Assembly (NCBI GenBank): GCA_002729175.1
Contig: PBTS01000078.1
Coordinates: 1-16,563, forward strand
Direction of reading: 5' to 3'
DNA: 16,563 nucleotides
Source of the DNA: Fidelibacterota bacterium
Lineage (GTDB): Bacteria > Fidelibacterota > Marinisomatia > Marinisomatales > S15-B10
Shown in pieces: positions 1 to 8,475 of this stretch (positions are counted from its first letter, which is position 1; each line of letters begins with the position of its first letter). The position numbers were made by a program, and so were the translations under genes. The notes beneath the pieces are model-generated. The model did no database searches. It saw only the letters and a list, made by a program, of their open reading frames with translations, and had not been told where the DNA came from.

Positions 1-219
1 CCAATTGATAGTTTTTTAAAGAGAAATACTAAAGGTGGCATTCATCATCTGTGTTATGAGGTTGAAGACATCTTCGCTGCCAAAGATCAATTGACCAGTC
101 AAGGAATGACAGTTTTAGGTACGGGTGAGCCCTATCTTGGAGCCAATAACAAACTTGTACTGTTCTTGCATCCAAAAAACTTTATGGGATCATTGATCGA
201 ACTTGAACAAGCTAATTAG
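1..219 (+). CDS. mce: Methylmalonyl-CoA/ethylmalonyl-CoA epimerase (VOC family), 3' part, truncated by the window edge
   Basis: Not in the ORF track. Frame 1 reads PIDSFLKRNTKGGIHHLCYEVEDIFAAKDQLTSQGMTVLGTGEPYLGANNKLVLFLHPKNFMGSLIELEQAN*, matching the epimerase motifs GGIHHxCYEV and VLFLHPK..G.L.ELEQ. Stop TAG at 217-219. Confidence 0.9.
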   Translation, partial: PIDSFLKRNTKGGIHHLCYEVEDIFAAKDQLTSQGMTVLGTGEPYLGANNKLVLFLHPKNFMGSLIELEQAN

Positions 220-240
220 TTGCAACCAGTAAACAATAGA

Positions 241-2601
241 TTAGAACTTGATACGTAATTTTAGAACCAGTTTGTTGTTCTCGGGATTGTCCCACGTCTT
301 ACGATAGATCTTACTGGTGCCTGCTTCATCATCAAAATAGTAATCACCCCCTCTAGTGTAGACGAGATAAAGGTTTGACAGTGGAGCAATCTCGTACTTG
401 TAACGAATTTGAAAAGCAATTTTTCCCAAATTAATACTCTCTACAGCTGCTCCCGTGCTATTGAGATAACCAGCTTCATCTGCTACCCAGCTTTGTCCTT
501 GTTGATTTCTGAAAGCAACAGCTTGTAACTTTATTTGAAATTCTTGACGTTCACTTGGATACCATTTCATGTCAGTAGAGATTCTTGTATTTTTTGATTC
601 ATAACTTGCATATTGATTTACATCTGTCCAAATAAACCAATTATCAGTTTTGGTCTGGTGCAAATGAAAATTAGATTTCAAATTATCTTGTGGAAAATAA
701 CCAACTCCAATTCTAATGGATTTCCTATCCTCACTAAATACAAAATAATCTCCAGTGCCTGATGATGCAGTCAAATTCCATTGCCATTTCCCTCTCATGC
801 CACTTCTATACCCACAATCGAAATCAAGTTCTTTTCGTAATTGAATGAATGGTGCCATACCTATTCCTCGAGTGACTTCATCGTCATTGCCATGAGGGCT
901 ATAAAATAAATTACAATTGAAGCTGGACCGATTCTTATTCCTTTGACTATAAAACAATGAGATAAATTCTTTTAAATTATCATTGTCTGAATTGTTTTTA
1001 TCAAAAAAATCGAGATTATAAGTTCTACTCAAGACCCTGGAATTTTCACCAAAATCTGTATTCTCATATCTGACAAAACCACCACCTGCAAGAAGGTCGT
1101 TTCGCCACATATAACCCATGTCGTTAAAATCTAAGTGTTCATCAAAATAGTAAATTTCAAATCCATTGCGCCAATTTTTATTGTGTTCAAAAGTGACCAC
1201 ACTCCTTACACCTAAGCCTCCCTCTTCCTGATTGGAATCAGAATGAAACACGAAGTTTTGTAAAGTAATCACATCCGAGGGTTTGTATTTATAATCCATT
1301 ACGTTCACTGTTGCATCGCGATTAATAGCTCCACTTTTAGCGTGTGTAATCATGTGTCCTATGGTGTGGTATCCAGACTTATGGAGAGTTCTAAAAGCAT
1401 AAAAATCTTTCCCTTCACTAAAATCTTCATCGTGTTCAAAAGCCCCAAAAAAACCAATGTCGGTTTGTTCACCTAATCGCGTGTATTTGATAGCGGCATC
1501 AATATCGTTGATCGGCTCCTCACTCAATTCACATTCCAATTCCTCTTCATTGCTACCTCCATTAGCTAAACCGTATTGAGAACAGTCATAGTCTGGAGCA
1601 GAACCTATTCTTCTGGTGTGAACGATGGAATAGAGTTCAAACCCTGGATACCAGTTCTCATGAATGTCAAAGAGGGAGTGGCTTTGTGTAAAAAAAGGCC
1701 TTTTATCACTATAAAATGTTTCTCTGGCAGAATAATTCACAACTAGACTATCACTTTCAATCTGGCCAAAATCTGGATTGATCGTTGCCGTTATTTCACT
1801 GCCTTCACCATTGGTATAAAAGATATCTGTACCAATTTGGTAGGCAGAATTATCATTTTCATAATCATCACTAGCAACAATGTACGGATAAAAATCCAAT
1901 CGACCTTGTTGGAATTGATTAACCTCTATTGGGATAAAAAGTGAAAGAAATTTTGTTCTCATTGGGCTTATTTCTGGTAAGCCATAAGTTTGGGACAGGT
2001 GTTGTACTCCTCTACTGAAACCAACTCTAATTTTTCTGGTAGACCCTTCCTGTTTTTTCATCGAAACTAACGCCCAGGGGATAAAAAATTCTGAATACCA
2101 ATTCTCTTTAGATTCTGATGTTTTGGCATACCACTCACCATCCCAATCACCATCAGTCTGGGTTTCGTTAGTAACAGCAAAATCTAACAAGGATCCGCCT
2201 AAAGAAATGCCCAGCATATAGCCCGTATTGCCTTTGTTATCAAAATCAATAGCCACGATATTGCGATCGTAGTCACCATGTAGCATATCTCTATTACTTT
2301 TTCTCCGATCCCTTGACTCTTCTGGTTGTTGGTTGATAAAACCAAAATAAAGACCGAATTCATCTGAATACACTAAGGTTTTTGTACTGTATCTAGGTTG
2401 CTCTAGGCTGAACGGTATAACTACTGAATATTCATCAAGTGTCTGGGCTTGTGTCCATTCTGGTTCAGTCAGTTCACCGTCAATGATAATTGTCGAATGA
2501 GCAGTTTCGGTAAATTGTGCAATAAATACGAAAACAATGACTAGAAATCTAGAAAAATTAAAAACAAAATTGAAATTAATATGCCTCATGAAACTAGTCA
2601 T
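241..2601 (-). CDS. DUF5916-like exported protein (N-terminal CBM9/DOMON-like domain, C-terminal putative outer-membrane beta-barrel), paralog B
   Basis: Signal-peptide-like N-terminus; IDGELTEPEW..A and DGDWDGEW motifs; TINPDFGQIESD, ETFYSDKRPFF and HTRRIG motifs; C-terminus KLVLKLRIKF ends in Phe with alternating hydrophobic residues. Start may be 2601 or 2589. Confidence 0.75.
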   Translation of the reverse strand: MTSFMRHINFNFVFNFSRFLVIVFVFIAQFTETAHSTIIIDGELTEPEWTQAQTLDEYSVVIPFSLEQPRYSTKTLVYSDEFGLYFGFINQQPEESRDRRKSNRDMLHGDYDRNIVAIDFDNKGNTGYMLGISLGGSLLDFAVTNETQTDGDWDGEWYAKTSESKENWYSEFFIPWALVSMKKQEGSTRKIRVGFSRGVQHLSQTYGLPEISPMRTKFLSLFIPIEVNQFQQGRLDFYPYIVASDDYENDNSAYQIGTDIFYTNGEGSEITATINPDFGQIESDSLVVNYSARETFYSDKRPFFTQSHSLFDIHENWYPGFELYSIVHTRRIGSAPDYDCSQYGLANGGSNEEELECELSEEPINDIDAAIKYTRLGEQTDIGFFGAFEHDEDFSEGKDFYAFRTLHKSGYHTIGHMITHAKSGAINRDATVNVMDYKYKPSDVITLQNFVFHSDSNQEEGGLGVRSVVTFEHNKNWRNGFEIYYFDEHLDFNDMGYMWRNDLLAGGGFVRYENTDFGENSRVLSRTYNLDFFDKNNSDNDNLKEFISLFYSQRNKNRSSFNCNLFYSPHGNDDEVTRGIGMAPFIQLRKELDFDCGYRSGMRGKWQWNLTASSGTGDYFVFSEDRKSIRIGVGYFPQDNLKSNFHLHQTKTDNWFIWTDVNQYASYESKNTRISTDMKWYPSERQEFQIKLQAVAFRNQQGQSWVADEAGYLNSTGAAVESINLGKIAFQIRYKYEIAPLSNLYLVYTRGGDYYFDDEAGTSKIYRKTWDNPENNKLVLKLRIKF

Positions 2602-2655
2602 TTATTTTTTTTAGTCACTTAAGCTTAATTATCAAAATATTAATTAAAAAATACA

Positions 2656-2669
2656 TTGATTCAAATCAA
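2656..2669. promoter_or_regulatory. FNR/Anr-type binding site, perfect consensus
   Basis: TTGAT-TCAA-ATCAA matches TTGAT-N4-ATCAA at 10/10. A minus-strand GATAAT at 2633-2628 gives a TSS near 2621, placing the box centre at -41.5. Confidence 0.7.
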
Positions 2670-2782
2670 TTCGAAGAAATAGATGCGACAGATTCCTTTA
2701 TTGAGTTGATATTGATCGCAGAATAATAACTGATGTGATAATCAAAAGCTTTATATTTTTTTAGGGTTTTTTACTGGATTAA

Positions 2783-5122
2783 TTAGAATTTGATTCGAGC
2801 TTTCAGCACCAACCGATTGCTTTCTGGATCTCGCCATGTTTCCCTATAAATCCTGCTTGTCCCTGACTCATCATCAAAATAATTATTTCCGCCCCTAGTG
2901 TAGACGAGGTAAATATTGGACAGAGGAGCAATCTCATATTTGTATCTAATCTGAAAAGAGAGTCTTCCTGAATTGATGCTTGATTCTGAGGTACCTAAAC
3001 TGTTTAGGTACCCCAAAGTATCAGCAGTCCATCCTTTGCCATACTGGTTTCTGAAAGCCACCATTTCAAGCTTAACCTGAAACTCCTGACGATCATCAGG
3101 GTACCACCTGGAATTCAGCTTAATCGTGGTATTCCTTGATTGATAAGTAGCATAGTGGTTGTCGCTCCTCCAGATAAACCAGTTATTAACTTTAGTATGG
3201 GATAGTTGCAAATAGAATCTTAAATTGTCGGAAGGAAAATAACGTAGTCCTGTCGATACACGTCTGGTACGCTCAGTAAAAGAAAGGCGGTCCTTTTTTT
3301 GTGCATACACATTTAAATCTGCTTGCCATTTTCCAATAATTCTCGTGTTGTAGTTAAAGTCAGTAGCCAGTCCTTTGCCACTTTCTAGAAATGGTGCGGA
3401 TAAACTGCCACGCGTTACATCATCGTCTATTCCCTCACTATTAGTAAATATGTTTAAATGGATGCTTGATGTGTCTTTGAATTGCTGCATGAAAAACAAT
3501 ACAATAGAATTGTCAATGGTTTCTCCATCTGCATTGTTTTCACTCCAAAAATCCCAACTATAGCTTCGACTCAGAACCGGCGAATCTTTGGTGAAATCGG
3601 TTCTGGTATAGCTCACATTTGCCCCTCCAGAGAACAAATTGTTTCGATACAAATATCCCATGTCGTCAATATTGAGTTTGTCATTGTAATAATAGAACTC
3701 GGCACCGCTTCGCCATTTTTTGTTGTGCTCAAAAACAACAGCGTTTCTTGAGCCAAATCCACTCTTTTCCTGATTTGAATCAGAGAACATAAGAACACTG
3801 TCAAATTTTATGATGTCGTTTGGGGTAAATTGATAATCAAATGCATTGACAGTGGCATCCCGGTCAATAGCACTTCGATCAACATGGGTCAACATGTGGC
3901 CGATTTTGTGGTTTCCAGCTCTGTGTGAGGTTCTAACTGCGAAAAAGTCCTTACCCTCACTAAAATCCTCATCATGCTCAAAAGCACCGAAGAAGCCGAA
4001 ATCTGTTTTATCGCCTAATTGAGTATATTTGAGCGCCACATCAATATCGTTGTTCATTTCTTGGCTGCTTAAACATTGCAACTCGTCCTCATCACTGCCA
4101 CCTGAGTCAGAACCATACTTTGAGCAATCATAATCTGGACGAGCACCTATTCTTCTGGTGTGAATGATCGAATATAGTTCAAAACCAGGATACCATTCAT
4201 TGGAAATTTCAAACAGGGACTGGCTTTGAGTAAAAAATGGCCTTTTATCAGAATAAAATGTCTCTCGTGCAGAATAGTTAATGACTATGTTGTCGCTTTC
4301 AACCTGACCGAAGTCAGGGTTGAGAGTCACGCTAAGTTCACCACCGCTACCATTGGCAAAAAATATTTCAGAACCCGCCTGATAGGACATATCGTCATCC
4401 ACAAAATTGCCCTTACTTACAAGATAGGGGTAAAAATCAAGTCGTCTCGGGTTGGACTGAACAACTTCAATGGTGTGCAACAAGGAGAGAAATTTTTTCC
4501 TCAGAGGTGATGCCTGCGGAAAAGCAACGTATTTTGCCTCATGTTGAATCAGCCTACTGGTTGAAATACCGATTTTTCGATTTGGACCTTTTTGCTGATT
4601 CATCGATACCATGGTCCAAGGAATGAAGAACTCCGAGTACCAGTTTTCTTCTGATTCTGATGTTTTAGCAAACCATTCCCCATCCCAATCCCCATCAGTT
4701 TCACTTTCATTAGTGATAGTGAAATCTATTAACGATTCGCTTAAGGATACGCCCAACATATAGGCACTGTTGCCTTTGTTATCAAAATCGATGACGACGA
4801 TATTCCGGTCGTAGTCTTGTTTGAGCATGTCGCGATTGTGTCTTCTCCGATCCCTGGTCTCCATGGGTTGCTGATTAACAAAGCCAACGTAAATGCCTTC
4901 CAGGTCTGAATAGATCAAAACCTTTGTTTTGTATGTGGGAGCTTCTAGACTAAAAGGTCTAGTCACAACAAAATCTTCGATTACTTGTGCTTGATTCCAC
5001 TCAGCCTCGCTGAGTTCTCCATCAATCACTATTTCTGCATGTATAGGATTAAAACCAAGAAAAACAAAAAACAATAACTCCAAAAGAGATAGAAAAGAAT
5101 TTTGTTTTATTTTCTGCGTCAC
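2783..5122 (-). CDS. DUF5916-like exported protein (CBM9/DOMON-like domain plus putative beta-barrel), paralog A
   Basis: GTG start 3 nt after the fabD-like stop; signal peptide ending ..PIHA|EI; same motifs as paralog B (IDGELSEAEW, DGDWDGEW, TLNPDFGQVESD, HTRRIG); C-terminus RLVLKARIKF. Confidence 0.75.
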   Translation of the reverse strand: MTQKIKQNSFLSLLELLFFVFLGFNPIHAEIVIDGELSEAEWNQAQVIEDFVVTRPFSLEAPTYKTKVLIYSDLEGIYVGFVNQQPMETRDRRRHNRDMLKQDYDRNIVVIDFDNKGNSAYMLGVSLSESLIDFTITNESETDGDWDGEWFAKTSESEENWYSEFFIPWTMVSMNQQKGPNRKIGISTSRLIQHEAKYVAFPQASPLRKKFLSLLHTIEVVQSNPRRLDFYPYLVSKGNFVDDDMSYQAGSEIFFANGSGGELSVTLNPDFGQVESDNIVINYSARETFYSDKRPFFTQSQSLFEISNEWYPGFELYSIIHTRRIGARPDYDCSKYGSDSGGSDEDELQCLSSQEMNNDIDVALKYTQLGDKTDFGFFGAFEHDEDFSEGKDFFAVRTSHRAGNHKIGHMLTHVDRSAIDRDATVNAFDYQFTPNDIIKFDSVLMFSDSNQEKSGFGSRNAVVFEHNKKWRSGAEFYYYNDKLNIDDMGYLYRNNLFSGGANVSYTRTDFTKDSPVLSRSYSWDFWSENNADGETIDNSIVLFFMQQFKDTSSIHLNIFTNSEGIDDDVTRGSLSAPFLESGKGLATDFNYNTRIIGKWQADLNVYAQKKDRLSFTERTRRVSTGLRYFPSDNLRFYLQLSHTKVNNWFIWRSDNHYATYQSRNTTIKLNSRWYPDDRQEFQVKLEMVAFRNQYGKGWTADTLGYLNSLGTSESSINSGRLSFQIRYKYEIAPLSNIYLVYTRGGNNYFDDESGTSRIYRETWRDPESNRLVLKARIKF

Positions 5123-5125
5123 CTG

Positions 5126-6100
5126 CTAAAAAGATCGTGCCGACTCTTCAACGGTCTTTAAATTAATTGCCGGATAGTAGTCGATAGGGTATTCAAGAGC
5201 TCTAAAATTCTTCTTAATAATCGACTCAAGATTGGGTCTTTTGTTCTCTGGTTCAAGCTCCTTACCAATGCCTCCTCCAAACTCTATGATCGTTTGGATA
5301 CCAAATGAGACGGAAGTCTTTAAACAACCCACCCAGTTTACCGGCTTAAACAATTGTTGGAACAATAGATTCTTAGTAGCCGATCCATCTTCCGCGTGTA
5401 GTTCAGCAGTGAAGTTGGAGACTACGCCCATAGTAGTTGGAGCAAAACTAGCTCTCTCCAAGGTTTCTTTAAATGCCAATGCTGCTGTTTTCATTAAATT
5501 CGTATGAAAAGCGCCTTCAGTATCGAGTTTTACAGCTCTTTTTCTTGGATAAAGTTCGGCAAAAGTAGATTCCAATTTTTCAATATCAGAGTCTTTGCCT
5601 CCTACTACGGTCTGCTGCGGCAGATTAATAGTTGCAACCTGACAGCCGTGATCTTCTGCAATCAATTGAGCCTCATCCCCCATCATGGGTAGCGCTAGCA
5701 TAGAACCCTGACCGTATTCACCCATCAATTCACCTCGTTTGCTGACCAACTTCAGACCGTCTTCGAAAGATAAAACCCCAGCAACAATTAATGCTGTGTA
5801 TTCTCCTAAACTGTGACCGGCAGCTAAAACAGGTGTAATCTTTGAGCTCGTTAACTCCTGAAATACCCTGAAACAAGCCATCTGATGTGTTAAGAGTATC
5901 GGTTGGGTGTAACGAGTTAGCCCAATCTGATCATCTGGATCTGTAAATGCAATTTTAACTAGATCATAGTTTAAAATATCATTTGCCTGTTCAAAGATTG
6001 CCTTTGCTGTTTCAAAACTATGGTACAAGTCTTGTCCCATCCCTGGATACTGCGATCCTTGTCCAGGAAAAACATACATAACTTTATCTATCTCAGTCAT
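5126..6100 (-). CDS. fabD: FabD-like malonyl-CoA:ACP transacylase (ACP S-malonyltransferase family)
   Basis: FPGQGSQ, TQP, catalytic GHSLGEY, conserved Arg in KRGELM, GAFHT, QLFKPVNW. It may be a paralog rather than the housekeeping copy. Confidence 0.85.
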   Translation of the reverse strand: MTEIDKVMYVFPGQGSQYPGMGQDLYHSFETAKAIFEQANDILNYDLVKIAFTDPDDQIGLTRYTQPILLTHQMACFRVFQELTSSKITPVLAAGHSLGEYTALIVAGVLSFEDGLKLVSKRGELMGEYGQGSMLALPMMGDEAQLIAEDHGCQVATINLPQQTVVGGKDSDIEKLESTFAELYPRKRAVKLDTEGAFHTNLMKTAALAFKETLERASFAPTTMGVVSNFTAELHAEDGSATKNLLFQQLFKPVNWVGCLKTSVSFGIQTIIEFGGGIGKELEPENKRPNLESIIKKNFRALEYPIDYYPAINLKTVEESARSF

Positions 6101-6237
6101 GATTTCTCGATATTATAATAGGCTGAATTTTATCATCATTTCAAAATATAGAATGCATTGTATTCGAACTTTCCTATAATCTATATATTAAGAATTCACC
6201 AATGTATCAACAACCAATTAAAATGTGACCTAACCGG

Positions 6238-6246
6238 TGTTAGAAT
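6238..6246 (+). promoter_or_regulatory. Extended -10 promoter element (TGtTAGAAT), possibly leaderless
   Basis: TGnTAnnnT ends 6 nt before ATG 6253. The AGGA in between is only 2 nt from the start codon, too close for a normal RBS. Confidence 0.4.
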
Positions 6247-6252
6247 AGGACG

Positions 6253-7152
6253 ATGAGCCACGTTAAAGAAGTATTTTATAAACCGCCTTATGTAGGCATA
6301 TTGGCCTTTCTAATAGTATTTCTAACTCAGGGTTTGGGACACACTCTGATGGTGCTTGTCGAAAAAACTCTTGGCGCCGACTACCAATACCAAGGGGCAT
6401 TCTATCTTGGAATATTGGGAGGAATTCTCCTGTTTATAGGGATGAAAAAAGAAAATGAAGTGCCAGCAACTTGGTTGGGCTATTTTGCAGGTCTTTTTCT
6501 GTGGACAGGCTGGGTTGAGTTTTCCTTTGTTTTCTATGCAGAATATCTTGAAGTTGAACAAATTCTTCCCGATGGCAGTCTCAATAGATTTCCAGAGTAC
6601 TTATTGATGCAGTCCTCGATTGGGGTTCTATTAACAACCTTGCTCTACTTTTTATTGAATCGAGAAACAAAATGCAATTTCTTCAAATGGATTCAGCGAA
6701 ATTTTAAACTATCAACAGGAAAACCAACTCCCGGCTATCCAAGAAACTTTGCAGCCATAACCGCACTCGAAACGATATACGTAATTTGGTTTTTCTACAT
6801 AATTCTTTTGCTGCTTTATGAAGATGCATTTATTGGTGCTTATCATCCCATTACCTACGCCTTCTTTGTTCTAAATACCACTTGGGCTGTTTATCTATTG
6901 TGGAGATTATTTAAATTTTGGAAAGTCACTACCGCTATCAGGTACGCCATTCCGACCGCAATCATCGCATACAGTTCCTATGAAGTGATTGGCAAATGGG
7001 GATTATTGGTAGAATTCTGGGTATACCCCCAGGAATACTTAACTGAGATTCTAGTTGTTTTAGGAACTGTGATTATGATCACCCTAATTGCGGTCTTTAC
7101 ACCTACAGGATTCAAACAGAAACTGCTCAATCAGAACAAAGAAAATAATTAA
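6253..7152 (+). CDS. Hypothetical multi-pass inner-membrane protein
   Basis: 299 aa with about 8 hydrophobic segments and motif-like stretches GLGHTLM, WTGWVEF and RETKCNFF. No family recognised. Confidence 0.75.
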   Translation: MSHVKEVFYKPPYVGILAFLIVFLTQGLGHTLMVLVEKTLGADYQYQGAFYLGILGGILLFIGMKKENEVPATWLGYFAGLFLWTGWVEFSFVFYAEYLEVEQILPDGSLNRFPEYLLMQSSIGVLLTTLLYFLLNRETKCNFFKWIQRNFKLSTGKPTPGYPRNFAAITALETIYVIWFFYIILLLLYEDAFIGAYHPITYAFFVLNTTWAVYLLWRLFKFWKVTTAIRYAIPTAIIAYSSYEVIGKWGLLVEFWVYPQEYLTEILVVLGTVIMITLIAVFTPTGFKQKLLNQNKENN

Positions 7153-7189
7153 TTTAGTGAAAACCGATTATTTTGGTAATCCTTGTTAA

Positions 7190-7203
7190 TTGATCTATAT
7201 CAT
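7190..7203 (+). promoter_or_regulatory. FNR/Anr-type binding site (9/10 match)
   Basis: TTGAT-CTAT-ATCAT. A TAGGTT (TAnnnT) hexamer at 7226-7231 gives a TSS near 7238 and a box centre of -41.5. A separate extended -10 (TGcTAAAAT) lies at 7236-7244. Confidence 0.5.
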
Positions 7204-7263
7204 TGTTGAATTGTAATTTCTTAGATAGGTTAGATTGCTAAAATTTGAATAGGGGACTTCATT

Positions 7264-8373
7264 ATGTTTATCAATTTCTGGTATCCAGCTGAAACCAGTG
7301 GCAATCTCACTGACCAACCCATTCGAAAGAAAATGCTTGGGCAGAACTTTGTCTTGTTTAGGGATCAATCTGGTAAACCAAGATGTTTGAGCGATGTATG
7401 TATTCATCGGGGAGGATCCTTAGCTGGTGGCAAAATAAAAGGCGACTGCGTGGAGTGCCCTTATCATGGCTGGCAATTTGATGGTGAAGGAATATGCCAT
7501 CGAATCCCTTCATTGGGAAAAAATGCAAAAATACCAAAAAGAGCTAAAATTGATTCCTACCCGACCAAAGAAATTTATGGTCTAATCTTCTGTTTTCTCG
7601 GCGACCTTCCAGAAGAAGAAAGGTGTCCCATTCTTGAGGTCAAAGAATATGAAATGGAGGGATGGAGAACAACGTGGCAATCTCTGCAATTTGATATTGA
7701 TTATAAACGATCCATTGAGAATGGTATCGATGCCGCACACAACGAGTTTGTCCATCCTAGCCATGGTTTTTCAGGTGAAAATGAGGACTATAAAGCTCCT
7801 GAGATTGATATCACATCGACCGAGTGGGGAACTGGATTATTCAGTAAAATGTTTGCCCCTCCTTTGAAAGAGAAAAAAATGCAGAAAGCTTCGGGCCGCA
7901 AAGAGAATGCACTCATTGAAGCCGGAACGGGTCATCATGGCATATCAACGCTTTGGACTTACATTCATCCAACACCTGAGGTTTTTATTCATCAATACGC
8001 GTTCGAAACACCAATCGATGAGACCCAAACTAATTTCTATCTCATTACCACCAGAAATTTTCTAACTGATCCCAAAGATGATGATCGAGTGATTGAACGC
8101 AATCAAGTGGTTGCTTTTCAAGACCGAGATGTTCTGTTAGGGGTCAAGCCACTATTGACGCCCAATGAAAGTAACAATGAATTTTTTGTTCCTATTGACA
8201 AACCCATTAAACTCTATAGAGAGTTGTTGAAAAAATGGGAAAAGAAAGGATGGAGAATCGATACTGAGACCGTTAGAGAAAATAAATTATCACATGCTTA
8301 CGCCATTCCCAGTCCAGCTAGAAAAAAAACCAAGGGTTGGGTCATAGATTCTGTTCCACTTTTGAAATCATAG
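7264..8373 (+). CDS. Rieske non-heme iron oxygenase alpha subunit (VanA/KshA/PaO-like), paralog 1
   Basis: Rieske ligands CIHRGG...CPYHGW; mononuclear iron motif ENGIDAAHNEFVH; C-terminal carboxylate region FQDRDVL; RBS AGGGGA at 7251-7256. Confidence 0.92.
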   Translation: MFINFWYPAETSGNLTDQPIRKKMLGQNFVLFRDQSGKPRCLSDVCIHRGGSLAGGKIKGDCVECPYHGWQFDGEGICHRIPSLGKNAKIPKRAKIDSYPTKEIYGLIFCFLGDLPEEERCPILEVKEYEMEGWRTTWQSLQFDIDYKRSIENGIDAAHNEFVHPSHGFSGENEDYKAPEIDITSTEWGTGLFSKMFAPPLKEKKMQKASGRKENALIEAGTGHHGISTLWTYIHPTPEVFIHQYAFETPIDETQTNFYLITTRNFLTDPKDDDRVIERNQVVAFQDRDVLLGVKPLLTPNESNNEFFVPIDKPIKLYRELLKKWEKKGWRIDTETVRENKLSHAYAIPSPARKKTKGWVIDSVPLLKS

Positions 8374-8475
8374 TCACAACTCACTATGCTTGTTACAAAT
8401 AATTACTTATCCGGCTTAAATTATTAGCCTGATACGAATATAATCAATCTGGATCAGATTAATAGGGGAAAATAA

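Noticed and set aside
6111..6120. Palindrome TATTATAATA upstream of the fabD-like gene as an operator
   Set aside because: It is all A/T in an AT-rich spacer and is more simply explained as a -10 hexamer (TATAAT on the minus strand at 6117-6112).
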